DNA from: a virus
Taxonomy: Duplodnaviria; Caudoviricetes
IMG/VR virus record: IMGVR_UViG_3300020050_012045
Coordinates: 94,597-158,596 of that record
Strand: one strand, 5' to 3'
DNA length: 64,000 nt
Made by a program: the position numbers and the translations under genes. This document shows positions 1 to 8,227 of the stretch, one piece after another (positions within the stretch are counted from its first letter, which is position 1; every line of letters begins with the position of its first letter). The notes under the pieces were generated by a model. The model made no database searches and was not told where the DNA came from. It saw only the letters and a program-made list of their open reading frames with translations.

Positions 1-570
1 CACTTGAGCGTTAGTCAGATTCAGAACCAGGTCTTCGTCTAGCTGGAACTGTGAGTCGGACAGGACTTCCAAGATGGGGTAGTGACGGTTATTCACCTTG
101 TCCCACACCCGCATGCCAGGATAAATATGAGCTGTTGATTGATTTGACGGAAGCGTGATGATTCCGGTGGCTGGGTCGAAAGTCAGTGGAGTAAAGACAA
201 GAGCTGGAGCTTGCTTAGACATGATGTTGGTCATGTCGATTCGCTCTTGGGGGATGTCGTTAGTGTCACCAGTGATTTTCTGATGTTCTGACTGGTCGCC
301 TAGCCAGATAGTGATGTGTGGCAACTTGGCTGCGTCTGAGTTGTAGCCAGTAGTGATGGGTATTTCGTTGTTTAGGAACCAGTCTTTAAGCTCGTTAAGC
401 TCTTTTTCTCCATAATATCGCTTAGTTAGCTCATCTGTCATCAGCCAGTTGAAGCAGAAGTCTAGGAGATACGGGTTGGCTCGGATGTCGTCGAAAGCCG
501 CCAATAAGCAGGTACGGACGGTAATGTCTGTTGGGTGGGAGCCGTAAGAAGAAGTTGAAATGACGGTCAT
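1..570 (-). CDS. Virion neck/tail-completion-type structural protein, runs off left edge
   Basis: Open frame from ATG at 570 (MTVISTSSYGSHPTDITVRTCLLAAFDDIRANPYLLDFCF...) to the window edge; not in the ORF track; preceded by the ACAATCTTTA motif; function inferred from context. Confidence 0.55.
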   Translation of the reverse strand, partial: MTVISTSSYGSHPTDITVRTCLLAAFDDIRANPYLLDFCFNWLMTDELTKRYYGEKELNELKDWFLNNEIPITTGYNSDAAKLPHITIWLGDQSEHQKITGDTNDIPQERIDMTNIMSKQAPALVFTPLTFDPATGIITLPSNQSTAHIYPGMRVWDKVNNRHYPILEVLSDSQFQLDEDLVLNLTNAQV

Positions 571-577
571 CGTCTGG

Positions 578-587
578 TAAAGATTGT
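578..587 (-). promoter_or_regulatory. Putative late promoter ACAATCTTTA
   Basis: Motif recurs upstream of six structural/cargo genes; here 7 nt before ATG 570. Confidence 0.65.
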
Positions 588-591
588 GGTT

Positions 592-831
592 ATGACGGAA
601 TCAACAAAAGAGAACCTGATTCAGCTTGGCATATACCTCACTCTTGCCTTGGGTTTAATCCTGTGGTGGAGGTTCGATATAGACACAGATGAGAAGGTCT
701 ATCAGATTGTGTATGGTAAGGTGCTTTGTGCTCACGCTGAGGAGACTCGGTGTGGACTAACCTTGAAGAACTGTGCTGATGGTCGAGAATACAGGTGTAT
801 GCAGAATGTGTTCAGTCAGCAGCAGGATTAG
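592..831 (+). CDS. Small membrane protein
   Basis: N-terminal hydrophobic helix, four Cys in C-terminal part. Confidence 0.5.
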   Translation: MTESTKENLIQLGIYLTLALGLILWWRFDIDTDEKVYQIVYGKVLCAHAEETRCGLTLKNCADGREYRCMQNVFSQQQD

Positions 832-1601
832 CGGTTCGTGAACTTGGCGATGATATCGGGCAGGATTTTTTCGTTCCATTCGTCAGAAAGCTCGTAGTAT
901 GTAGTTACCAACGACTGTAAGCCCTCCTTAGCTGGACGGTTCCATTTACGCCCCCGCATCGATTCTGATGCGATCCGGTACGTAGTCATAGACCTATCTA
1001 CCTTCCCGGTATCATGGTTCATTGTTTGTTTAATATTCAGCCCATTCAAAGCTGGTGAACTCCAAGCTTCGTTATGCTTGGTTGCCCCACGCTGTAATCC
1101 CCCCAGGTTCAGCCGATGAAGAGTGCCTTCTTTTGGCTTACCGTCTGGGCCACGTTCCAGCTTGGTGTACGGGATGTTACGCTTCTTAAGCTCTTGACGC
1201 ATGGTCTGGGTGATAGACTGAGCCATGGGTGTCTGGTTCTGTGGGGCCTTATTGTGGCTGAACGGGACTACCAAGTATCGCTCACCTTTGGCGTTGATCT
1301 TGGCTTTTGGCGACTTTAAGAGGAAATCTAACATGCTCCCCGCATGGTACCCCTCTTCAATCCATGCTATTTTATCAGGAATTACTATAGAATAGACACC
1401 CTCGGTCTCGCGGAACTCAAGGTTTTGTTTGAATTCGTTCAAGGTGGAGTGGAGTTTCCTGGAGGCAATTTCCAGGACTTTGGCGTGGCCAGACAGCGCC
1501 AGAAGCTTAACGGCGCCCTTGACAGCTTCGGTAATCTCAGCTTCAAATTCCTTGAATTGAGACACTAGGCCGTCAATGTCGATGTTTATGTCTAGTCCCA
1601 T
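828..1601 (-). CDS. Neck/head-tail connector-type virion morphogenesis protein
   Basis: 257 aa, WIEEG...LLKSPKAK...RYLVVPF pattern like myovirus neck proteins; late motif 4 nt upstream. Confidence 0.55.
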   Translation of the reverse strand: MGLDINIDIDGLVSQFKEFEAEITEAVKGAVKLLALSGHAKVLEIASRKLHSTLNEFKQNLEFRETEGVYSIVIPDKIAWIEEGYHAGSMLDFLLKSPKAKINAKGERYLVVPFSHNKAPQNQTPMAQSITQTMRQELKKRNIPYTKLERGPDGKPKEGTLHRLNLGGLQRGATKHNEAWSSPALNGLNIKQTMNHDTGKVDRSMTTYRIASESMRGRKWNRPAKEGLQSLVTTYYELSDEWNEKILPDIIAKFTNR

Positions 1602-1605
1602 GGGG

Positions 1606-1615
1606 AAAAGATTGT
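1606..1615 (-). promoter_or_regulatory. Putative late promoter ACAATCTTTT
   Basis: Same motif, 4 nt before ATG 1601. Confidence 0.6.
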
Positions 1616-1633
1616 TAACGGCTATTATTAGCT

Positions 1634-1759
1634 ATGGACGCAGACGAAAACGCCATTGCGCTGGTTAAACTTACCAAGCTATACCTGGACATCGCAATCG
1701 TTCTGTTTTTCTTTTTCGTGGGGCTAGTTCTGACCCCAGACAAGACAGACGAAGACTAA
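1634..1759 (+). CDS. 41-aa membrane peptide (below ORF-track cutoff)
   Basis: MDADENAIALVKLTKLYLDIAIVLFFFFVGLVLTPDKTDED; TATTAT 5 nt upstream. Confidence 0.4.
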   Translation: MDADENAIALVKLTKLYLDIAIVLFFFFVGLVLTPDKTDED

Positions 1760-1944
1760 CGATTAAGCTCCATGGTCTTCTTGAATTCGCGGTCTTCGAT
1801 TTTCTGAAGCTGTTGGCGGGTGACCGGCTTACCCTTGTACTCATATTCAATCGTGGTCGGTCCTGCCCCTGGCTGAGGCGACGAGTGTTGTGAACACGAA
1901 GTTAACACAAGCATGACCGCTACAGCCAAACTAAGATAATCCAC
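1756..1944 (-). CDS. Small putative lipoprotein
   Basis: Hydrophobic signal ending in lipobox-like LTSC. Confidence 0.45.
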   Translation of the reverse strand: MDYLSLAVAVMLVLTSCSQHSSPQPGAGPTTIEYEYKGKPVTRQQLQKIEDREFKKTMELNR

Positions 1945-1969
1945 TCTTCAAACCATCCGTCTTGATCTC

Positions 1970-2260
1970 TCATTTCAACCTCTTCTCTAACTCGATCAAC
2001 ATATCGAACTCATTTTCTAGTTTGGCAACCTTTTCCTGAATTTTCTCCAGCTCGCTATCAATCGCTTCTCTTCGTGTTTCCATTTTCTCTAACGCCCAAG
2101 CCTTCAAATTGAGCTTAGCCTTTGCAACCTGCTTCTCAGAGCAGGTCCGACACAGCCAGTGTGGCCATAACTTAGTCTTTAACGTCAGGTAGCCCTGAAA
2201 TTCTTCTACCCAGAGTTTGTCGTTTATCCTTGTTTTAACGATCTCGAAGCTCATCGGCAA
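1970..2260 (-). CDS. Hypothetical protein with C-terminal coiled coil
   Basis: 96 aa ORF, GGAG upstream. Confidence 0.5.
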   Translation of the reverse strand: MPMSFEIVKTRINDKLWVEEFQGYLTLKTKLWPHWLCRTCSEKQVAKAKLNLKAWALEKMETRREAIDSELEKIQEKVAKLENEFDMLIELEKRLK

Positions 2261-2313
2261 TCTCCTTGTAAAAGCAAGCTACCCGAAATCGACATCGGTG
2301 TCGAATCATTTGT

Positions 2314-2342
2314 TTGACATCAATACACAGTTCCTGTATTCT
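2314..2342 (+). promoter_or_regulatory. Sigma70-type promoter, leaderless
   Basis: TTGACA-17-TATTCT then 6 nt to ATG 2349. Confidence 0.7.
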
Positions 2343-2348
2343 TCTCTC

Positions 2349-2564
2349 ATGAACACGAACTGCAAAAACCAAAACGGATGCTCAGTGCGTATCGCTAACG
2401 GCTTACGTTGTTTCTGTGACCCAACCTTGACCGTGACTTGGCAAGCCAACAAGCCGGGTGAATTCCCAACCCAGGAAGCCGCTCTAGCTGTCGCCAATGG
2501 CCGTCCAGTTGTTCGTGTTTGTCGAAATTTCGGCCACTCGCCAGCAGTGTGGATTGTTCGATAA
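2349..2564 (+). CDS. Small Cys-containing hypothetical early protein
   Basis: Start placed at ATG 2349 from promoter geometry. Confidence 0.5.
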   Translation: MNTNCKNQNGCSVRIANGLRCFCDPTLTVTWQANKPGEFPTQEAALAVANGRPVVRVCRNFGHSPAVWIVR

Positions 2565-2622
2565 TTTCAGATGTAAGTTGACCTGTCGATTAACTTCCTG
2601 TACTGTCACGCAAGGAGCTAAT

Positions 2623-3123
2623 ATGTTGCAATTCGTCAAATACTTTTTCAACAACGATGTCAAGCCGCACGTTATCGCAAACGAACTTGCCCAAGACATT
2701 GAAGACGACATCTATGTCCGATACTTAGCCCTTGCCTATACCGAGCAGGAAGCTGAGGAGTTCTTCTTTGACCATTCTGGTTGTTGCTTGGCAGTGCGAT
2801 CGTTGGAAACATTCAACATTGACGGGCTGTCTGTAGTATTTCCGTCCGACTACCTACTGATGGGATTGTCGGAAGTTCTTCAGGCTTCCCCTCGGTTCAT
2901 TAACGGTAAGTCGTATTTCAAGCTGTATTCTTCGATGGGGTGCTTGATTTTGACTCCAGAGCAGCATAAAAATCTGTGTTCCCAGATTCGTGCTGACCTG
3001 GACGGCATCATTGAACGTGGAACCATCGACCAGCAGAAGTTGATTTCTGGGTTGAACAGCCTGCGAAACCATGATAACTTTGTGGTTAGCAAGTCGGTCC
3101 CTGAACAAAGCTTCGAGAACTGA
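2623..3123 (+). CDS. Hypothetical protein
   Basis: TTGACC-17-TACTGT promoter and AAGGAG RBS before ATG 2623. Confidence 0.55.
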   Translation: MLQFVKYFFNNDVKPHVIANELAQDIEDDIYVRYLALAYTEQEAEEFFFDHSGCCLAVRSLETFNIDGLSVVFPSDYLLMGLSEVLQASPRFINGKSYFKLYSSMGCLILTPEQHKNLCSQIRADLDGIIERGTIDQQKLISGLNSLRNHDNFVVSKSVPEQSFEN

Positions 3124-3360
3124 GGTCGTAATGGGTCAGCCATCTACTTGGGCGCTAGAGAAAGCTCGTGAGAGCATCTATGTCAACGAGAACGAACCTG
3201 TTGAGGTTCATTGCTTTGGTAAAGTCTTCCTTTACGACAAGACAGCTAACGCTCTAAAAGCTTGCGATCAGATGGTGGTCTTGTTCGCTCAAGCGCTTGA
3301 TGACTTTCATTCGCAGATGCTGGTATTCTCAGTATGGACACCTAAAGTAGGAGACGAATC

Positions 3361-3717
3361 GTGACTAACCAACAAATTTTTGACACCGTGGCAGACCATC
3401 TTTTGAAACAGCGCAAGAAATCGCTCAAAGACGGACTCTGTGTTTACCGATCGGGCCACAAAGCTAGCAGTAGGGTTCGTTGCGCAATTGGATGTCTGAT
3501 TAAGGATGAGTTTTACCACAAGCGTATTGAGGACAATACTCCAGATATTCCAAAAGTATTGAAGGCTTTGAAGGATTCGGGGATTGGTCGGATGACTCGC
3601 AATAAGATGGATTTACTTCACTCGCTTCAGAGAGTTCATGACTCTTACGAACCAAGAGAATGGGATGCACGTCTTCGGGGGTGTGCTGCCATATATGGGC
3701 TGAAGGTTAATTTCTGA
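3361..3717 (+). CDS. Phage hypothetical protein
   Basis: C-x-YR...CAIGCLI...LQRVHD pattern typical of phage early proteins; AGGAG RBS. Confidence 0.55.
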   Translation: MTNQQIFDTVADHLLKQRKKSLKDGLCVYRSGHKASSRVRCAIGCLIKDEFYHKRIEDNTPDIPKVLKALKDSGIGRMTRNKMDLLHSLQRVHDSYEPREWDARLRGCAAIYGLKVNF

Positions 3718-3719
3718 TC

Positions 3720-4631
3720 ATGACAGACTTCAAACCAATGAAAGCCTCCGTCTGCGAATCGTTCGATGACGTCAAATTTCCTGTCTTGGTTTCGCCAAAG
3801 CTTGACGGTATCCGGTGTGTCATTGTCGATGGCGAAGCCAGATCGAATTCTCTGAAGTTGATTCAGAATAAGTTCATCCAAGAAACGCTCAACACTCTAC
3901 ATGTAGATTCATGTGGTGAGCTTAATGGTCTCGATGGCGAGCTGATGCTACAAAACCCCAAAGCAAGCTTTCAGGAAATTACCGGGGCTGTCATGAGGCA
4001 GACAGGTGAACCAGAGTTCGTATTTTACGTTTTTGACGATTTCACAAACCCTGACCTCTCATTCCTTCAAAGGGATGCCAATACCGCCACGAAGATACGT
4101 GAACACTTCAGCGGCTCGAAGTATGTCAAGCACCTTAAGCACGAGTTGGTTAGCAACCAGGTCGAGCTGGAGCGTCTTTATAGGGAGTATTTAGATCTTG
4201 GGTACGAAGGAGCCATGATTCGCTCCTTAGATGGCCAATACAAGTTTGGCCGAAGCTCAGCTAAGCAGGGATGGCTATTAAAGCTGAAGCCTTTTGAAGA
4301 TGCAGAAGCTGAAATCGTTGGTTTTGAAGAACGGGTGGAGAACACCAATGAGGCGTACACCAATGAGCTTGGCAGGACCGCAAGATCGTCTGCTAAGGCG
4401 GGGCTGGTACCGCAAGGAACCCTTGGAGCTTTCTTGTTGCGCCGTCCAGACGGCGTTGAGTTTAGCTGTGGCTCAGGGTTGAATGACCAGCTTCGAGATG
4501 AGTATTGGAGTAAGAAAGAGCAGATGTTGGGTCAGATTGTAAAATACAAGTTCCAGAAAATCGGGTCTGACGTGAAGCCGAGACTGCCTATCTTTCTAGG
4601 AATTCGACATGTGGATGATTTTAGTCGTTGA
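3720..4631 (+). CDS. lig: ATP-dependent DNA ligase
   Basis: SPKLDGIR (motif I KxDG), LDGEL, FYVFD, YEGAMIR, LLKLKP, C-terminal OB domain. Confidence 0.95.
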   Translation: MTDFKPMKASVCESFDDVKFPVLVSPKLDGIRCVIVDGEARSNSLKLIQNKFIQETLNTLHVDSCGELNGLDGELMLQNPKASFQEITGAVMRQTGEPEFVFYVFDDFTNPDLSFLQRDANTATKIREHFSGSKYVKHLKHELVSNQVELERLYREYLDLGYEGAMIRSLDGQYKFGRSSAKQGWLLKLKPFEDAEAEIVGFEERVENTNEAYTNELGRTARSSAKAGLVPQGTLGAFLLRRPDGVEFSCGSGLNDQLRDEYWSKKEQMLGQIVKYKFQKIGSDVKPRLPIFLGIRHVDDFSR

Positions 4632-4655
4632 CTTTTAATTCAGTTCTGATATTCT
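4628..4655 (+). promoter_or_regulatory. Sigma70-type promoter, leaderless
   Basis: TTGACT-16-TATTCT with TGn extension, 6 nt to ATG 4662. Confidence 0.65.
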
Positions 4656-4661
4656 TGTCTC

Positions 4662-4910
4662 ATGAACAACGAATACAAATCCCAAGCAGAGTTCCAAACC
4701 GCAATGGACGCAGCCTTCCAAAAGGTCATGATTCCTGGCCAGCACTGGAAGGACCGTATCTGCAAGATGGTGGAAGCTCAACCATCTGAAGTTGATCAGA
4801 TTGTTAAGGCGATTGAGTTTTTTACTGGAACCAAGGCAACCGTTGAGCGCCTGGACGTTTGCATCTACCGGATTCGCGCTGCTGGCTACTGGGCCGGCCC
4901 TTGCGCTTAA
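4662..4910 (+). CDS. Hypothetical early protein
   Basis: 82 aa ORF directly after promoter. Confidence 0.6.
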   Translation: MNNEYKSQAEFQTAMDAAFQKVMIPGQHWKDRICKMVEAQPSEVDQIVKAIEFFTGTKATVERLDVCIYRIRAAGYWAGPCA

Positions 4911-6619
4911 TCAACATTAGGTAAGCGACTACTGGCAACCCCGCCGCTCTGGCTCATCACCATCCCCGAACGAACTGACCGCCAACGAGCTGGCTTTTTC
5001 TTGCCTGTTGCTTGGTCACGTACGGCGGTCTTGATCTTCTTCTTATGGACAGCCCCGTTGGCTCCTGTCCCTACGCCCGCCAGTGGCTCAGGAAAAGACA
5101 GCTTCTTTTCTAGCGACGCCATCTTCCTGCCGTCTGGACCGTCAGTCACGTTAGCTACAGTTGCTAGGTGTTCCCAGGCTTTACCAGCGTTTGGCGACAT
5201 CTTAGTGTCTGAGTAAATCTTGCCGTGGTGCTGGATTGCCCCCAAGTACAACGCCTTGCCGTAGCCATGCCCTTTATAGTCTGGGTGAACAGCAATCGAT
5301 TCGACCGAAGGGATGCCGTCATCTTGCAACGCCATATGAAGTTGTGCTATGTGGGGCTTGCGTGGGTCAGCTGAGCGTGATAGGGTGTGTGAATGAATCT
5401 GGCCCTGAGCACCTTCAAACGTGTGATGGAAGAAACCGTTGCCGATGGGCTTGGCATTGGTGTGGTCAAGGTAGTTAAACTGTTCCGCCAGATTAGCATA
5501 TCCCTGGTGAGAGCCAAGCTTATTACCGTCTTCCTGGCTCATGTCGGTCTTGAACAGCTGTTCACTCTTTTTAATGGACTCTGATTCCTGGTTAGCAGCT
5601 TGCTTGATCTCGGACATCTGCTTAGCCATCGCTACCATGGCTTGAGAGATATGACGGATTGTGTCGTAAATCTCTGGAGACGCCTGCTTTAGTTCCTCGA
5701 TCTTAGCCGAGTGCTCTTTAAGAAGCTTGATTCCGGCCATGATAACTTCTGTCGGGTCTTCTTGCTGTTGGGCGAGCTGACCGTGGGCGTCTGGGTGTTC
5801 AGCCTTATTTAGGCCAGCCTGGTCATCATCATCATGTTTATTCAAAGGTCGAGACTTGAACCTACCTAGATCATTAGCTAAGGTCTTTTTTTCAACAAAA
5901 CTCTCTAATCCGCCAAAGGCGGTCTCCGTGTGTTTGAATGGCTTTTGTGGAGTCGTCCAATAATCCGTGTGACCACGCCCAATGATTCGGGCGTTTATTG
6001 GTGTTTTAGCGCCGCCAGTCAAGAGGTGTGCCGCTAAACGGTGATGCCCATCGGTAAGCAGGTGTCGTCCATCTTCTAGCTGATGAAGCTCTATTGGTTT
6101 ACCGCTTGAAAATGAGCCCTTACCAAAAACGTTGTTATCGTGGGCTGCCATCATAGACTCTCTGCTACAGAGAATATCTTTTGGTAAAAAGCTAACTACT
6201 GGCGTCTCGTCGTGTTCAGCCTTAGCCAACGGATCTTCCTCCTCTTCTTCTGGAAGGTCCATGTCGTCATGATACAGGCTGATTTTGTCGCCGTGGTACA
6301 GCCCGTACTCGCACGCTGACTTGGCATGAGGCGCTTCCACGCCGACACCGAAGCAGAACTCCATCTGCGAGCAGGATGAGATGAACTCACACAACTGGTC
6401 CAGGTCTACCAGGTGTTCAGCTTCAACTTCAAACACACCCATGGTGCAGGCGTTAAGGATTTCCTTGCCGTGGTGGGTTTCAATCCAAGAGCTGATAGCT
6501 TTGTTAACTGAGTCTAGGGCGTAGTTCAGCTCGTACAGTTTGACCTCTTGCCCGGAATCGTAAGCTGAGTTTAGCTCGAACTCAAAGTCCTTGGTTCCCC
6601 ATTGAATGTAGGTCAACAT
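4907..6619 (-). CDS. Polyvalent virion-cargo protein: degenerate mCpol-like + ParB/Srx-like + GNAT
   Basis: N-terminal 117 aa with mCpol-like layout but no catalytic Asp; LLTDGHHRLAA (ParB); VHPDYKGHGYGKALY...SD..MS..A...W (GNAT); LAKAE, LNKAE, IKKSE, LFKTD linkers. Confidence 0.7.
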   Translation of the reverse strand: MLTYIQWGTKDFEFELNSAYDSGQEVKLYELNYALDSVNKAISSWIETHHGKEILNACTMGVFEVEAEHLVDLDQLCEFISSCSQMEFCFGVGVEAPHAKSACEYGLYHGDKISLYHDDMDLPEEEEEDPLAKAEHDETPVVSFLPKDILCSRESMMAAHDNNVFGKGSFSSGKPIELHQLEDGRHLLTDGHHRLAAHLLTGGAKTPINARIIGRGHTDYWTTPQKPFKHTETAFGGLESFVEKKTLANDLGRFKSRPLNKHDDDDQAGLNKAEHPDAHGQLAQQQEDPTEVIMAGIKLLKEHSAKIEELKQASPEIYDTIRHISQAMVAMAKQMSEIKQAANQESESIKKSEQLFKTDMSQEDGNKLGSHQGYANLAEQFNYLDHTNAKPIGNGFFHHTFEGAQGQIHSHTLSRSADPRKPHIAQLHMALQDDGIPSVESIAVHPDYKGHGYGKALYLGAIQHHGKIYSDTKMSPNAGKAWEHLATVANVTDGPDGRKMASLEKKLSFPEPLAGVGTGANGAVHKKKIKTAVRDQATGKKKPARWRSVRSGMVMSQSGGVASSRLPNVD

Positions 6620-6852
6620 TAGTTCAGCTCGTCAGGTGAGACATCTTCGTCAGAGTCTTCGGGGAGGTCGCCCATCTGCTCAACTACCTCTTCAAGGAGT
6701 CCAGCAAGAAATAAAGACTTCTTGTATTCGTCGTCTTCAGCTGGAGTTAGAGTGCCTTTTTCGTACAGTTCGATCGCTCGCTTCTGGTACTGATTAGACC
6801 ATGCGACGCACTCGGCTTCAGAGATTACAAAACTTGCCATTGGTTTGATCAT
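6619..6852 (-). CDS. Small acidic hypothetical protein
   Basis: Overlapping stop/start with both neighbours. Confidence 0.55.
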   Translation of the reverse strand: MIKPMASFVISEAECVAWSNQYQKRAIELYEKGTLTPAEDDEYKKSLFLAGLLEEVVEQMGDLPEDSDEDVSPDELN

Positions 6853-7181
6853 AACAGGATATCCGCTGGGTGGTGGGTGAAGTGGAGTGGCAACTCTGAC
6901 TTGACCAAAAGCTTAAGGTTGGGAGAGCCATAGTTTGCCTGCTTACCAATAGCCGACTGGTGGGCTTCGTACATGAAGCGATGACGTGCCGATTCCTTGG
7001 GTTGTCCCATTTTTTGGAATTCAACAGCTAAATGATGGTGGTGTGCGGACGCTAGCTCGTGTTGGCGGCGCTTGTACTGCTGGTAAGCCTGGGTGTGCCC
7101 ATGGGTTTGGGCGGCTAGGTCGAGATGTTGGGCATCAGCAGGATCAGAGATCGTCTGATTCCGCCACTGTGGCTTGTCCAT
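6849..7181 (-). CDS. His-rich putative head protein
   Basis: HHHH run, LVKSE motif, in late operon. Confidence 0.55.
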   Translation of the reverse strand: MDKPQWRNQTISDPADAQHLDLAAQTHGHTQAYQQYKRRQHELASAHHHHLAVEFQKMGQPKESARHRFMYEAHQSAIGKQANYGSPNLKLLVKSELPLHFTHHPADILL

Positions 7182-7938
7182 TAACTAGCTCCTCGACCAA
7201 CGTGACCAAATCAGAGTCACCAGTCAAAGTGTACGTTTGTTTGTCTGGAGATACTTGGATTTGGTGGTCAGCCTTAAGAAGCTTCGAGGTGCAGACGCAG
7301 CCGTCAAAAGTACCCCAACGCTTGTGAAGCTGGGGAGAGCCGCAAGTTTTGCATACCTTGGACAGCTCTGACTTGTTGAACGTCTTAGATGCTGCAACCA
7401 TTCCGGCAACCATTGGAAGCTTAACCTTCCGAGCCTTGCCAGTAATCTGGCCTTTGTCTGGGGGCTGTGGACCGTTCTGTTGCATCGGCGCTCGTGGAGC
7501 TGCGAACTTACCAGGAGCGTCAGTCTTCTGGAGTGATTGCAGCCAGGCGTTAGTTTTGTGTTTTACCAACAAATCCAATGACTTAGACAGCTTGCCGATG
7601 TCTGATTGGCTGACCTTGGAGTCAACCGATGAAGTCTCCCCTAGGTTGACCAGAAGGATGGCTGTCATCTTAATGAGGTCTTGGGGCTCGGAGGTCAGGG
7701 TGTAGTCACCTGATTCAACTGACAGCTTGGATTCGGACTTGGACAGGCTGATTTGCCCCTGAATACCAGGGATTTCGCCTTGGTATTCACTGTTCTGCGC
7801 GGTCTCAAGGAACGTCAGGACGGCCTTCGGCAGCAAAGCGTTAGCTAGCTCCGGATAAGCCGTGGCCGCCTTGGACAGCACCTGAAAACCGTCAGGGCCC
7901 AGGATGGCAAGCAGGAATGTGTTAGCCTGTTGATTCAT
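7144..7938 (-). CDS. Putative head-associated protein with C-terminal Zn-binding motif
   Basis: Start ATG 7938 after late motif; LSKSE, LSKSL, LQKTD, FNKSE motifs; CKTC...CVC. Confidence 0.6.
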   Translation of the reverse strand: MNQQANTFLLAILGPDGFQVLSKAATAYPELANALLPKAVLTFLETAQNSEYQGEIPGIQGQISLSKSESKLSVESGDYTLTSEPQDLIKMTAILLVNLGETSSVDSKVSQSDIGKLSKSLDLLVKHKTNAWLQSLQKTDAPGKFAAPRAPMQQNGPQPPDKGQITGKARKVKLPMVAGMVAASKTFNKSELSKVCKTCGSPQLHKRWGTFDGCVCTSKLLKADHQIQVSPDKQTYTLTGDSDLVTLVEELVNGQATVAESDDL

Positions 7939-7945
7939 TCGTTCC

Positions 7946-8227
7946 CTAAAGATTGTTAGGTGGTTCTGGAACGATATTGCCGTCTTTGTCGACCCAGACA
8001 AGTTTGCCGTCGCGCATAGTGGGTACGGGTCGGCCTTGATCGTGATGTTGCTTTACGGCGGCTGAGGCAGCATCTTTGAAGGCTTGTTCCTCCTTGAGGA
8101 GTTCTTCAGACTTCAGGATAGGCGACTTAGGCCGGTTGAATGACGGCATGTTCTCCAGATGGTCGTCTGGAGTAAGGGTGATACGGATTACTTTACGTGG
8201 TTTGGTAGGAATCATGATTTCTCCCAT
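7946..8227 (-). CDS. Small hypothetical protein
   Basis: 93 aa, ILKSE motif. Confidence 0.5.
   Translation of the reverse strand: MGEIMIPTKPRKVIRITLTPDDHLENMPSFNRPKSPILKSEELLKEEQAFKDAASAAVKQHHDQGRPVPTMRDGKLVWVDKDGNIVPEPPNNL
7947..7956 (-). promoter_or_regulatory. Putative late promoter ACAATCTTTA
   Basis: 8 nt before ATG 7938. Confidence 0.6.
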
